Origin: Spirochaetales bacterium | Lineage (GTDB): Bacteria > Spirochaetota > Spirochaetia > SZUA-6 > DRHE01 | Reading direction: 5' to 3' | DNA: 64,000 nt | Assembly: GCA_030604195.1 (NCBI GenBank) | Contig: JAUVWI010000004.1 | Location: 20,829 to 84,828, forward strand | Shown here: positions 27,492-37,202 of the stretch, one piece after another | Position numbering within the stretch: position 1 is the first letter of the stretch | How the letters are laid out: every line of letters starts with the position of its first letter | Program-made: the position numbers and the translations under genes | Notes under the pieces: model-generated | Seen by the model: the letters and a program-made list of their open reading frames with translations, nothing else | Database searches by the model: none | What the model was told of the DNA's origin: nothing

Positions 27492-30400
27492 TATATTCTG
27501 GTTTCAATCCTTTTTTTCAACTCTATAAGCGGTGGATAATTTCTATTTTTCTCATCCTGAAGTAACTTTTCTACTATGGCCAGAGCTTCAAAATAATTCC
27601 CTGCCAGGAACTTTTCTTCAGCCAGGCGATACTGACCTTGAGCAACACTGCCCAGAATGGGCTGCACTCTTTCCCCTGCGGCAATCTGAATTCTATCCTT
27701 ATACTCTATGGCAGACTGGTTATCAGGATTAAGCTCAATTGCCCTGTTCAGCTGTTCCAAAGCTATAGTGAAAAGCTCCCGCTGATTTCTTTCTACAATA
27801 ACCCTTGCTTTATTGAAAAGCTCTCTGGATTCAGCCAGTTTTGCCGGGTCAGGAGGCGGAATGCGTATTTTAAGGATAATCTCCAGATCATAGATACTGT
27901 TTTTAAGCCCGGGATAATCAGGAATTATCTGCTCCAGGTCCTTTAAATCCACATAAGCCTCCTGAGGGTTGGTGTTGCTTTTGCGCCGGGCATCATTATA
28001 ATAACGGGTCAATTTTTCGGCAAAAGCATCTTTGTCTTTTAATTGATCGATCCTCAAGGATAATATTCGGGCTTCCTGATTGTAGGGAAAAGGAATGAGA
28101 ATACGGGCAATTTTTTCCTCTGCCCGCTCCAACCGGTCAATGGCATCTCTTACTTTCCCAAGCTCAAGCAGGCTTTTAGCCCCCTGGTAATCTTCAACCG
28201 CCAGATTTAAAAGCTGGCTGATCTCCCTGAAAAGCGGGTTACTTTCCATAATTTCCCGTCCTGAATTAGCCTGGAGCGCGGTGCGTACAAAATTCAGCCA
28301 GAGCATAATCTCACTGTTTTCTTCAGGATTTGTATCGGCCCAGCGTGATTTAGCCTGCAGCAGCACCCTTTCAGCCTCAAAAAACCGGGAATTATTATAG
28401 AGGCTTCTCCCACGGTTTATCAAGGTACGTACCTGTCGAACCACCACACTGTTTTCGGCGTCGATTATCTCCTGTGAAAGGGCGGGCAGCTCCTGGTCAC
28501 GACGCCTGCGTATATTCTCATCCTCGCGGTATTCCAGCGAAAGGTCATAGGCCTCCAGCGCCCCCTGAATGTTTTCCCTGGCCCGGTCAAAATTGTCCTG
28601 GCGCAAGCCTGCCCGTGCCTGGTCCACCCGCAGGTTGCCTTCTCTCTCAAATCTTTGAGCTAAGAGCAGGTTGTTTTGCGCTTCCGCCTGATGCTGCAAT
28701 AAAGCCAATTTCATCTCTTCCAGGTTTTCTTGAAGAAGATCCACCCGTTTGAGCTGCTGCTGCACATCATAACTGGCCAGAATATAGGCTTTATCACTTC
28801 CCGCCCAGGCTCGCAGCCCCTCGATGCTCTTCTCCAGTAAGGATACTTCATCTGCCACCTGGTTGAATATCCCTAAAGCCAGATTGGGATATTTTTCGAT
28901 TCGGGTACTCTCTCCAACTACCACTTCACGCCCCCCGGCAAGCCCCACTCCTTCGGCCAGTTTAACCCTGCTGCTGTTATATCTCTGCCCGGCAGCGGTT
29001 GCATCCGCAGCCATAGCAGTGGTAATGATAGTTGCCTCGGCGCCATTCAACCTGGAAATCAGGCTTTCAATTTCCCCGATCATTCTCTCTGCACTACTCT
29101 TTGCCTCTGCAAGGTCAAAACCAAGTTTAATTATTCCATCTATCTGATTAAGAGAAAGCTTCCAGTCTGTTGCCCTATCTTGCAGAACACCTCTATAAGA
29201 GTCCAGATTTTCTATTTCTGAAATGAAATCTTCTCTGGTATCAAAAGTTTTCAACGCAATATTATTCAGCTCCCTTAGGGTATCTATTAAAGAGGGAAAA
29301 TCGTGGGTTTCTTTGATTCGTTCCTGAGCTGCCGCAAAGTATTTCAGCTTATCCTGTGGAAGAGTGGCGCCGGCCTCCTCAAGGCTCATTGCAGGGTCAA
29401 CCTTGATATAAAAACCCCATAAAGAATAAGAATCGAGGGCCAGTGAATATACCTTGTTTGCTGCCTCCATGGCGGATTGCGCCGCTGTAAAACTGCTGTT
29501 CCTGTACTCAGCCAATCCCCCGGCATAGAGCTCTGATGCTGCTCTATCAATCTTATTATTCAAGGATAAGAGAAGATCCTCCCACATAATTTCAATTACG
29601 GAACCGATTCCCTCCTGCTCCTCGCTTCCATAGCGTCCCAGAGCCAACTGTCCTGCAAAGTGCAGAAAGAGATCATATTTGCTTTCGGGGCTGACTTCCT
29701 TTATATGACTGTTCTGCAATTTTAAGTTCGATGCTTCATCCTCAACAGTCTTACTAAAAGCTATCATCTGAATAAGCTTCTCGTGCAGGCCCCTGATCTC
29801 TTCTTCAACCCCGGCAATATCCAGGCCGTCGACTGGGAACACTTCTATATCAAGATTATTTATTTCTGTGCCTAAAGCTCCAGCCGTGGCTCTGAAAGTT
29901 TCTGCCGCCTCACTGAGCCGGGCCAATGATTTATTAACCGATGCCTCTATAATATTTCCATAACCTGCCTGGTCAAAATCCTCTTTATGCAGATCATAGC
30001 CGCTTATGTATACTGCCACAGCCTCGATAAAATTGCCGTCCTTTATCAGGCTTAGCGCCCTGTCCATTATTCCGTTAAAGCGGTTAAGATTATAAACCAG
30101 TTCAGCGCCCTTTTTAGCCTGGCCAATTGCTTCTAATGTCGCCTGGTTGGGCCTGGGGTCAAGAGCCTGCAGTTCTTTTATGATCTTAAGCCCATTCTCC
30201 AGATCATTCTGCTCAAAAAGCACCTCGATCAGCTCTTCATACTTCAGGTTGTACTCAGCTTTCATTTCACGGATCTTTTCGATCAGGTTGGTTGTTTCTT
30301 CAAATGCTTCGGGATCACCCCGCGCTATCTCAGTGAGCAGGATAATAGCCGCATTATAATCCTTGTCTTCAATGAGCTTATTGGCTTTATCTAAAAGTGT

Positions 30401-30511
30401 CAGGGTATTATTTTCCCCTTGCCCTCCTGCATTGATATAACCGACCATGAGGACCAACAGGGAGATTGCTATGACCATCGAAGCCCTTTTCGGGCAGATC
30501 AAACTAAACAT
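27491..30511 (-). CDS. large secreted TPR-like/all-helical protein
   Basis: It has a signal peptide and TPR-like repeats at both ends (KDYNAAIILLTEIARGDP; GNYFEALAIVEKLL). It shares 1 nt with the start of the downstream phosphatase gene. Confidence 0.55.
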   Translation of the reverse strand: MFSLICPKRASMVIAISLLVLMVGYINAGGQGENNTLTLLDKANKLIEDKDYNAAIILLTEIARGDPEAFEETTNLIEKIREMKAEYNLKYEELIEVLFEQNDLENGLKIIKELQALDPRPNQATLEAIGQAKKGAELVYNLNRFNGIMDRALSLIKDGNFIEAVAVYISGYDLHKEDFDQAGYGNIIEASVNKSLARLSEAAETFRATAGALGTEINNLDIEVFPVDGLDIAGVEEEIRGLHEKLIQMIAFSKTVEDEASNLKLQNSHIKEVSPESKYDLFLHFAGQLALGRYGSEEQEGIGSVIEIMWEDLLLSLNNKIDRAASELYAGGLAEYRNSSFTAAQSAMEAANKVYSLALDSYSLWGFYIKVDPAMSLEEAGATLPQDKLKYFAAAQERIKETHDFPSLIDTLRELNNIALKTFDTREDFISEIENLDSYRGVLQDRATDWKLSLNQIDGIIKLGFDLAEAKSSAERMIGEIESLISRLNGAEATIITTAMAADATAAGQRYNSSRVKLAEGVGLAGGREVVVGESTRIEKYPNLALGIFNQVADEVSLLEKSIEGLRAWAGSDKAYILASYDVQQQLKRVDLLQENLEEMKLALLQHQAEAQNNLLLAQRFEREGNLRVDQARAGLRQDNFDRARENIQGALEAYDLSLEYREDENIRRRRDQELPALSQEIIDAENSVVVRQVRTLINRGRSLYNNSRFFEAERVLLQAKSRWADTNPEENSEIMLWLNFVRTALQANSGREIMESNPLFREISQLLNLAVEDYQGAKSLLELGKVRDAIDRLERAEEKIARILIPFPYNQEARILSLRIDQLKDKDAFAEKLTRYYNDARRKSNTNPQEAYVDLKDLEQIIPDYPGLKNSIYDLEIILKIRIPPPDPAKLAESRELFNKARVIVERNQRELFTIALEQLNRAIELNPDNQSAIEYKDRIQIAAGERVQPILGSVAQGQYRLAEEKFLAGNYFEALAIVEKLLQDEKNRNYPPLIELKKRIETRI

Positions 30512-30623
30512 TCCTCCTTAAGAAGAAGTTTTTTTCTATTTACCATTTTAGCACATTATCGACTAAAATTAGACCGATAAGTATATGGAATAATCTATTG
30601 TAACGTAATATATTAATAGGTAG

Positions 30624-31859
30624 ATGAATAAACCGGGAAGATTACTGCTTCTTATCCTTCTTCTCACTAATTTCACTCTGTGGAGTGACTCAGCCAACCT
30701 GTACTATAACTTAAGCGGCGCCTTCGGTTCATTTGCCGACCCCAATACCGGACTGACTGTCTTTCCCACCCTGCTTATACCAATCGGTGGTAACCTGGAA
30801 GGTATGGGCACTGCTTATACTGCAGTAGCCAGTGATTCCGGTTTTCTGGAAGCCAACCCTTCAGGCAGTTCTACCCTGGAATATGAAGAACTTTCTTTTC
30901 TTCACCATGCCTGGATAGCAGATTCAAATATCGAAGGCGTAATCTATACGGTGCGTTTCAACAACCTGGGTATCGGTTTCGGCGGTAAATTTCTCTATAT
31001 TCCCTTTACTGCATATAATGATTGGGGGGAACGTTCCAGCCGCGGTTACATTTCTGAAAGCATAGGAACCTTCAATATCTCTTATAATTTTTTCTCAAAC
31101 TACAAATTCTACGGCCTGGCGGTTGGTTCAAACTTAAAAATAGCCTACCGGAATATCCCTGCCACAATTTATCCCGACCAATCAGCATTGGCAGCGATGA
31201 TCGATGTTGGCTTATTAACCCGTTTTAATCTTTTTAAAACCTTTATTTCCAGGAGCAAGAATATTTCAGTAGGCGCTGTGGTAAAAAACCTCGGTTTTCC
31301 GGCGCTGGATGAGCCCTTGCCCACGCTAATCACTTTTGGTGTTGCCTTTTCTCCTATCCGTCCCCTGGTCCTGGCAGTGGATTATAATCTTCCGGTAAGT
31401 CTTGATCCGGTAAATTACCCGGCTGAGCAGTGGGATATTGCCACTGGTATGAATATTGACATTACCCCCTTTCTCTCAATTCAAAGCGGTTTTCGCTTTA
31501 AAGGCGACAATCCCAGGATCAGTGTGGGCAGCACTTTAGATCTGGAGAAAATAAGTTTTATAGTGAATTACAATCTGGACTTAAGCGGGCGGCTCAACCC
31601 CATGGATAAATTCAGCGTAGAAGCAAAGCTCAACCTGGGAGATCGCGGCAGATTGGCCATACAGAACCAGGTTGAAGAGCATTATTTAAACGGCCTCGAG
31701 TCTTATGCCAGGGGTTCGCTTATTGAAGCTATAAAATTCTGGGAAATTGCCCTGGAGATCGATCCGACATTTACACCGGCCAGGGATCACATTAAGGTAG
31801 CAAAAAAAGAATTGGAACTGCAGCGTGAGATGAAAACCCGCCTGGAAATTAAAAAGTAA
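30624..31859 (+). CDS. putative outer-membrane beta-barrel protein with C-terminal TPR-like helical extension
   Basis: It has a signal peptide. The body has alternating amphipathic beta-strand character (about 330 aa). The C-terminus YLNGLESYARGSLIEAIKFWEIALEIDPTFTPA is TPR-like. Confidence 0.5.
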   Translation: MNKPGRLLLLILLLTNFTLWSDSANLYYNLSGAFGSFADPNTGLTVFPTLLIPIGGNLEGMGTAYTAVASDSGFLEANPSGSSTLEYEELSFLHHAWIADSNIEGVIYTVRFNNLGIGFGGKFLYIPFTAYNDWGERSSRGYISESIGTFNISYNFFSNYKFYGLAVGSNLKIAYRNIPATIYPDQSALAAMIDVGLLTRFNLFKTFISRSKNISVGAVVKNLGFPALDEPLPTLITFGVAFSPIRPLVLAVDYNLPVSLDPVNYPAEQWDIATGMNIDITPFLSIQSGFRFKGDNPRISVGSTLDLEKISFIVNYNLDLSGRLNPMDKFSVEAKLNLGDRGRLAIQNQVEEHYLNGLESYARGSLIEAIKFWEIALEIDPTFTPARDHIKVAKKELELQREMKTRLEIKK

Positions 31860-31863
31860 AAAC

Positions 31864-32676
31864 CTATTTAACTTTGGGAGTGATTTTTTTCAGGCTTTTA
31901 TATACCGCATAAAGGGGAAAATCAAGTTTTCTTGCCTTGCCTATATTTTGAATATGCAGTGATTTATCACTTCTGCCTTTTAAATACCTCTGGAATTGCC
32001 TTTCTTTTCTTTTTATATGTTTAAAATTGAACTTACCTTCCAACAACCGGATAAAGTGATCAGATTCCTCTTTCTGGGATTCACTGAGCTCTTGTTCTAT
32101 TGGTTCCAGGATCTGCCTGATTACTTCATTTATAGTGCTTGATTCATTCTGATGCAGTATCTTTTCCACCTGTTTCACAAATGGGCTCTGGCGGAAAGTG
32201 ATCTTATCAACAGCCGATCTTAAAACAAGTCGTTTTTTTGTAGCTTTTTCGGAAGAAATATCCCTTCTGCCGAGCAGATAATAGAGCACCACTGATACAG
32301 CCAGGGAGATAGCGATCTCATCGATCATGGGAATAGGATCCCGTATTACAAATGAAAGAAAGAAATAGCTAATAATAAAAACAGCGGCGGAAATCAGGAA
32401 TTTAGGAATAAAACGAATGTCTGCCAGCCATCGCTTTACACCTGTCTCTATTTCACGATAAAGCTCATTACGGAAGAGGGTGAGAGCCTCTACCCGCGGT
32501 TCTCTTCCATATCTTCCTATGACCTCGGTATTCTCCAGCTGGGCAAAAAGTTTATCCGGATTGCTGAGGGGGTGAAGAAACAGGGATTGCCCATCACTTC
32601 GAAAAATATGAAAGAGGTATATCTTCTCTTTTTGTTGATTCTTTTCCATAATTATAAATTTAAAATAATGCCGCAC
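31864..32676 (-). CDS. hypothetical membrane protein
   Basis: It has two central TM segments (FLISAAVFIISYFFLSFVI; IAISLAVSVVLYYLL). No motif recognised. Confidence 0.45.
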   Translation of the reverse strand: MRHYFKFIIMEKNQQKEKIYLFHIFRSDGQSLFLHPLSNPDKLFAQLENTEVIGRYGREPRVEALTLFRNELYREIETGVKRWLADIRFIPKFLISAAVFIISYFFLSFVIRDPIPMIDEIAISLAVSVVLYYLLGRRDISSEKATKKRLVLRSAVDKITFRQSPFVKQVEKILHQNESSTINEVIRQILEPIEQELSESQKEESDHFIRLLEGKFNFKHIKRKERQFQRYLKGRSDKSLHIQNIGKARKLDFPLYAVYKSLKKITPKVK

Positions 32677-32718
32677 AGATAATGTGTCAAGCAGTAGATA
32701 CTATAGTTGCTTTTATTA

Positions 32719-35691
32719 TCACCCTGTTTCAACCCGGATAAGTTTGTCCACATTTACGCTGTAAGAACCTGAATCCTCCTCCACTTTTCCGGAAAGGATA
32801 AAGAGGCCGCCGCCATCAAAGAGCGGGGAAAAACGGTTGAAAGAAGCGGGGAAAAAAACGGTTTCAAAAATTGAATAGCTGTCTTCAAAGCTGACAAAGA
32901 CCATGGACTTACTCTTCCTGGTGATCACCTCTTTTCCCGTTACCCAGAGACCGGCCAGAGTAACCCGCCTGTTTACGTGGCGGGGAATCTCTCTGGAGGA
33001 AATAAAGCACACCGCTTTTGTCTGAATGACCGCATGGGCAATCCTCCTGCGGAAGAGCGAAAGTGGATGAAGCGAAACCAGCAGGCCCAGAGTATGCACC
33101 TGGTCCAGCAGTTTACGTGACTCACTATAATCCCCGATAGAGTGCGGAATGGGGGGGTGACGAAAAAGAGTATTTCCCTTATCCAGCCGGAAAAAGGCCC
33201 AAAATAGTTGGGGACGGGTAAGGCCTCCTGAAATCGAATCCAGGCTGCCCGAACGGATGAGAATACGTGCTTCGGCAAGCCTGGGCGAGGTTCTTTGTAA
33301 AAAGTCAAAAAAATCTTTAAAAAGCCCGCCCTGCTCGCGCTGGTTGAGTATCTTTTTCATAAACTCAGCGCTCAGATCCTTTAACTGCCCCAATCCGATG
33401 CGCATGGCGCCATTTTCAACTGTATAACGGCTGCTACTTTTGTTTATATCCGGAATAAGTATGTCAAAGCCCAATCTGCGACACTCGTTGATGTAGGTCT
33501 GCCTGCTGTAATAACCCCCGCCATTGTTTATAACCGAGACAAAGAATTCCAGGGGATAAAAAAGCTTCAGATAGGCAAGTTTATAGGATACCAGAGCATA
33601 CGAGGCGCTGTGTGCCTTGCAAAAGGAGTAACCATCAAAGGAGAGGATCATTTTCCACACACTTTCCAGTATACTGACGGAGATGCCCCTGTTTTTCCCA
33701 CCCGCAAAAAAATTCTCTCTGATTGCCGACAATCTTAGCTTTCTATCTTTTTTGCTGAGGATTTTGCGCAGGCGGTCCGCCTGTCCCGGGGAAAAGCCGG
33801 CCAGAGAAATGGCTACCCGTGATACATCCTCCTGATAAACCATAATGCCGAAGGTCTCACGCAGGGTCTCAGCCAACAGGGGATGCAGCGGCTCATACCC
33901 GGCTCCGTGCAGCCGGCGTACAAATTCCCGTATATAACGGTTGGCTGCGGGCCTGATAATTGAACTGGCAATGATCAGGTTCTCATAATCCCCCCGCTGC
34001 ATTTTCTTTAACAGCTGGCGGGTTGCCGGGGATTCCCCATAAAAAACCCCCAGGGTCCGGGCCCGGGCAATAAAATCACTGGTAGCCCGGCTTTTCAAGG
34101 GATTGAAATTCTCCCAGGTGAGATTGGTCTGGTAATTGTGATTGGTCAGCTCTATGGTATCCCGCAATACAGCCAGAGAGCGGTTTCCCAGAAGATCTAT
34201 TTTAACCAGCCCCGCTTCTTCGGCTCCATCTTTTTCCCAGGCGATTACCGGATATCCCAATGGGGATTGCTGAAGATGGGTGTAGTTAGTGAGCGGACCC
34301 GGGGTGATAACCACACCCCCGGGATGAGTGCCAAGGTAGCGGGGAAAGCCGAGAATCCTGGAAGCAATCCTGTCCAGATAGGCGGGTATTTTATCCCCCT
34401 GGCCGTGACGGGCAAAACAGATAAATCTTTTGATCTCCTCCTCGGTGCTGCCCAGTGCTTTGGCCGGCTCCCGCAGTGCCGAACGTTCCCTGAAGGTCAC
34501 ATGATCAGCCACCATTCCGGCCCGCCCCGAATAGCGGTCAAACACATAGCGCAGGGCCTTCTCCCTTTCATCCCAGGGAAAATCAACATCAATATCCGGG
34601 GGGTCGCTGCGCTCCAGATTGAGGAAGCGCTCGAAAAAGAGATTGTAGCGCAGAGGATCGACATGGGTTATGCCCAGCAGATAGGAAACAATACTGGCCG
34701 CTGAACTCCCACGACCGCAGGTTCGGGCACACCGGGAAACAATGTCGTGCACCACCAGAAAGTAGCCGGCAAACCCTTTTTGCCTGATAATGGATAGTTC
34801 ATGTTCAAGGCGTGTTTTTACCGCTGCTGTGGCGCTTGAATAGCGTCTTTCCACGCCTGCCAGACAGAGCGCTCTGAGCTCTCTGAGGGACTCCTGCTCG
34901 CTGTTGCCGTTAAAGTTGGGAAAAACGTAACTTGAACTGAGAATACTCCCGGCGTTGGACTCCCGGGCCAGGACCCGGGCCCGGTCCAGAGCTTCCGGCA
35001 CGGCGGAAAAGAAGCGCTCCATTTCCACGGCCGACACGGCCCTGTGCCATCTGCCCACCCGTTCTTCCGGGCAGAGATATTCCAGCAGGGTATTGCGGGA
35101 CATAGCGCGCAGCAGGTTGCAGATATACTCATCTCCCTCTTCAATATAGAGGGCGTCGTTGACCGCGCACAGGGGCAGTTTATGGATGCGGGCAAAGCGC
35201 ACCAGCCCGCTGAAGGGCCTGCCGTAGGTGAGCTTAACCCAAAGGTCTTCGGCGCTGCGCCGTAATTGCTGCAGCACCGAGGTGTTATCCGAGAGTATAA
35301 CCAGCCCCGCCCAGCCCCTTTCCATAAGATTGCCCAGGGGGTCCTGGTTTTTCAAATTGGTGATAATTTCGGCAAGATGGACAAACCCCCGGCGGTCGCG
35401 TATGTAGGCAGTGGCCAGCTCCCGGGCTCCGGAAGCCAGGATGACCCCGGCCACCGGTTTTATCCCTTCCCTGCGGGCCGCATTCAAGAAACGCACCAGT
35501 CCATAGAAATTATTCAGGTCAGCCATTCCTACAGCAGGCCAGCCCTGATTTCGGGCAAAGCGGCAGATTTCTTCAGGAGAAAGACAGCCCTGCCCCAGCG
35601 AGAAATAGGAGCGCAGATGAATACCTGTATAAGCAATGTTCTCAGCCATTATACTATACATAAGTTTAGTACTATGGCTGTACTCTGTCAA
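32719..35691 (-). CDS. DNA polymerase III alpha-subunit family protein, short (990 aa) DnaE2-like form
   Basis: It has a degenerate PHP N-terminus (IHLRSYFSLGQG). Polymerase core motifs are GFAGYFLVVHDIV, PPDIDVDF, HPGGVVI and SIIRPA. An OB-fold lies at the extreme C-terminus with no tau-binding extension. Confidence 0.8.
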   Translation of the reverse strand: MTEYSHSTKLMYSIMAENIAYTGIHLRSYFSLGQGCLSPEEICRFARNQGWPAVGMADLNNFYGLVRFLNAARREGIKPVAGVILASGARELATAYIRDRRGFVHLAEIITNLKNQDPLGNLMERGWAGLVILSDNTSVLQQLRRSAEDLWVKLTYGRPFSGLVRFARIHKLPLCAVNDALYIEEGDEYICNLLRAMSRNTLLEYLCPEERVGRWHRAVSAVEMERFFSAVPEALDRARVLARESNAGSILSSSYVFPNFNGNSEQESLRELRALCLAGVERRYSSATAAVKTRLEHELSIIRQKGFAGYFLVVHDIVSRCARTCGRGSSAASIVSYLLGITHVDPLRYNLFFERFLNLERSDPPDIDVDFPWDEREKALRYVFDRYSGRAGMVADHVTFRERSALREPAKALGSTEEEIKRFICFARHGQGDKIPAYLDRIASRILGFPRYLGTHPGGVVITPGPLTNYTHLQQSPLGYPVIAWEKDGAEEAGLVKIDLLGNRSLAVLRDTIELTNHNYQTNLTWENFNPLKSRATSDFIARARTLGVFYGESPATRQLLKKMQRGDYENLIIASSIIRPAANRYIREFVRRLHGAGYEPLHPLLAETLRETFGIMVYQEDVSRVAISLAGFSPGQADRLRKILSKKDRKLRLSAIRENFFAGGKNRGISVSILESVWKMILSFDGYSFCKAHSASYALVSYKLAYLKLFYPLEFFVSVINNGGGYYSRQTYINECRRLGFDILIPDINKSSSRYTVENGAMRIGLGQLKDLSAEFMKKILNQREQGGLFKDFFDFLQRTSPRLAEARILIRSGSLDSISGGLTRPQLFWAFFRLDKGNTLFRHPPIPHSIGDYSESRKLLDQVHTLGLLVSLHPLSLFRRRIAHAVIQTKAVCFISSREIPRHVNRRVTLAGLWVTGKEVITRKSKSMVFVSFEDSYSIFETVFFPASFNRFSPLFDGGGLFILSGKVEEDSGSYSVNVDKLIRVETG

Positions 35692-35709
35692 CCAGAAATG
35701 ATAAATCAG

Positions 35710-36096
35710 CTAGAAGCGCCGGAAAATCAACTCCCTGACAACCACCCTGTCCGAATCCACCAGATCGTATGATTCAATTTCTTCAGGCAATACCCATTCA
35801 ATGGCTTCATGCTCCAGCAATTTAAAATTACCGGATACGTACGCAACTTTATAGACCAGCAGTTCCAGATCCACAACCCGGTTCTCAAAGTGAGCAGTGC
35901 CTATAAGAGGGCCGACTTCGGCTTCAATGGTGAACTCCTCCTTTAGCTCCCGCTTAAGGCACTGTTCAGGGGTTTCGCCCGGATCTATCTTGCCCCCGGG
36001 AAGTTCCCATTGATTATCCAGATACTTGCCCTTTTTCCTTTTGGCCAGCAGAATTCTGCCATCTTTTTCTATCACGGCGGTCGTAACCTGTTGCAT
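35710..36096 (-). CDS. mutT: NUDIX hydrolase, MutT-like (8-oxo-dGTP diphosphatase type)
   Basis: The Nudix box is GGKIDPGETPEQCLKRELKEEF. The start is set to the ATG at 36096, preceded by AAGAGG. It lies 18 nt upstream of the polymerase gene. Confidence 0.8.
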   Translation of the reverse strand: MQQVTTAVIEKDGRILLAKRKKGKYLDNQWELPGGKIDPGETPEQCLKRELKEEFTIEAEVGPLIGTAHFENRVVDLELLVYKVAYVSGNFKLLEHEAIEWVLPEEIESYDLVDSDRVVVRELIFRRF

Positions 36097-36208
36097 AGAA
36101 CCTCTTTTCCTATTGATGAGTATAATATAACTAAAATAAATTGGAACCAAAACCGGACTTTTTTCGTCTAATAGATAACTATAATAAATCAGAGAAAGGA
36201 TTGTATTT

Positions 36209-36661
36209 ATGAGAAAGATTATTATTGTCGTGCTACTTACCGGTTTCCTGGCCGCTGCCGGATTCGCTCAGGATTTTAATAATCCGCAGATCATGGAGAA
36301 ACTCGGTTTAACCCAGGAACAGGTAACTGAGCTTACTCGCATCTATGAAGAAGCGCAGAAAATCATAAGAGAGGCGCAGCTTGATATCGATATTGAAAGA
36401 GCCCAATTGAAAAAGCTGCTCTTTCAAAGCAACGTTGATCTAAGGCAGGTTGAAAGGCGGTTGAAATCTATTTTAGATCTGGAATATAAGCTAAGATTGG
36501 CAGAGATAACCCGCGAGGTAAAAGCAAGAAAGGTTATCGGCGACAAAGCATGGGCTCGACTTACACAGATGATAAGGACTAGAAAAGAAGCTTTTGCAAG
36601 AGAGAGAAAACAACCTGAGCCAGGACCCAACCAGACACAAGACTCAAAATCAAAGCGATAG
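36209..36661 (+). CDS. periplasmic Spy/CpxP/ZraP-like helical protein
   Basis: It has a signal peptide and LTQEQ-type repeats (LGLTQEQVTELTRIYEEAQ). The coiled-coil composition fits this family, and it sits upstream of an ECF sigma gene. Confidence 0.5.
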   Translation: MRKIIIVVLLTGFLAAAGFAQDFNNPQIMEKLGLTQEQVTELTRIYEEAQKIIREAQLDIDIERAQLKKLLFQSNVDLRQVERRLKSILDLEYKLRLAEITREVKARKVIGDKAWARLTQMIRTRKEAFARERKQPEPGPNQTQDSKSKR

Positions 36662-37202
36662 TGACTTTGAGCTTGTTCGCAGCTTTGTAGATTCTGGAAA
36701 CAATGATGCCTTTCGCCAACTGGTCGAAAGGCATCTTACATCGCTCAGGCGGCTGCTATATGTTCTTTTCAAAGGAAATCGCTATGATATGGAAGATGCT
36801 CAACAGGAAATACTGCTTGCCCTCTATCAGAATATCAGGAGCTTCCGTTTTCAATCCTCCTTTGCCACCTTTTTTTACCGTTTCAGCCGCAATAAAGCCA
36901 TCGACTTGCTGCGGCAGAAAACCAAAGATCGCCGGAGCAGCGAACAGGCAAATATCAGCATATTTAAGAAGACTCAAGCAGATCCGGTGGATGAGTTCAT
37001 TAAAAAGCAGGAATCTGCCAAACTTTGGGCTGCTTTTGGCAGCCTTAAAGAGCGGGAAAAACTTCTGGTATTGATGAGATATGTTGAAGAACTTTCAATT
37101 GTTGAGATCAGTGAAATTACCGGCCTGCGCAGCGGCACCATTAAATCCGGACTGCATAGAAGCCGGGAAAAACTGGCACGTATTCTGGGAGAAAGGCCAT
37201 GA
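36594..37202 (+). CDS. ECF-type RNA polymerase sigma-70 factor
   Basis: Region 2 is DAQQEILLALYQNIRSFR. Region 4 is REKLLVLMRYVEELSIVEISEITGLRSGTIKSGLHRSREKL. The TTG start overlaps the upstream gene by 68 nt, so the exact start is uncertain. Confidence 0.85.
   Translation: MQERENNLSQDPTRHKTQNQSDSDFELVRSFVDSGNNDAFRQLVERHLTSLRRLLYVLFKGNRYDMEDAQQEILLALYQNIRSFRFQSSFATFFYRFSRNKAIDLLRQKTKDRRSSEQANISIFKKTQADPVDEFIKKQESAKLWAAFGSLKEREKLLVLMRYVEELSIVEISEITGLRSGTIKSGLHRSREKLARILGERP

Noticed and set aside
34138-34704. Long off-frame or antisense ORFs inside large genes. Examples are 34138-34704, 35266-35772, 43141-43686, 36974-37471, 3345-3737, 17980-18348, 18712-19038, 58474-58877 and 59691-60077.
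   Set aside because: Each is fully embedded in a gene with strong family motifs. Their Arg/Pro/Gly/Ser-rich composition is typical of alternative frames in GC-richer DNA. None has an RBS or a recognisable domain.
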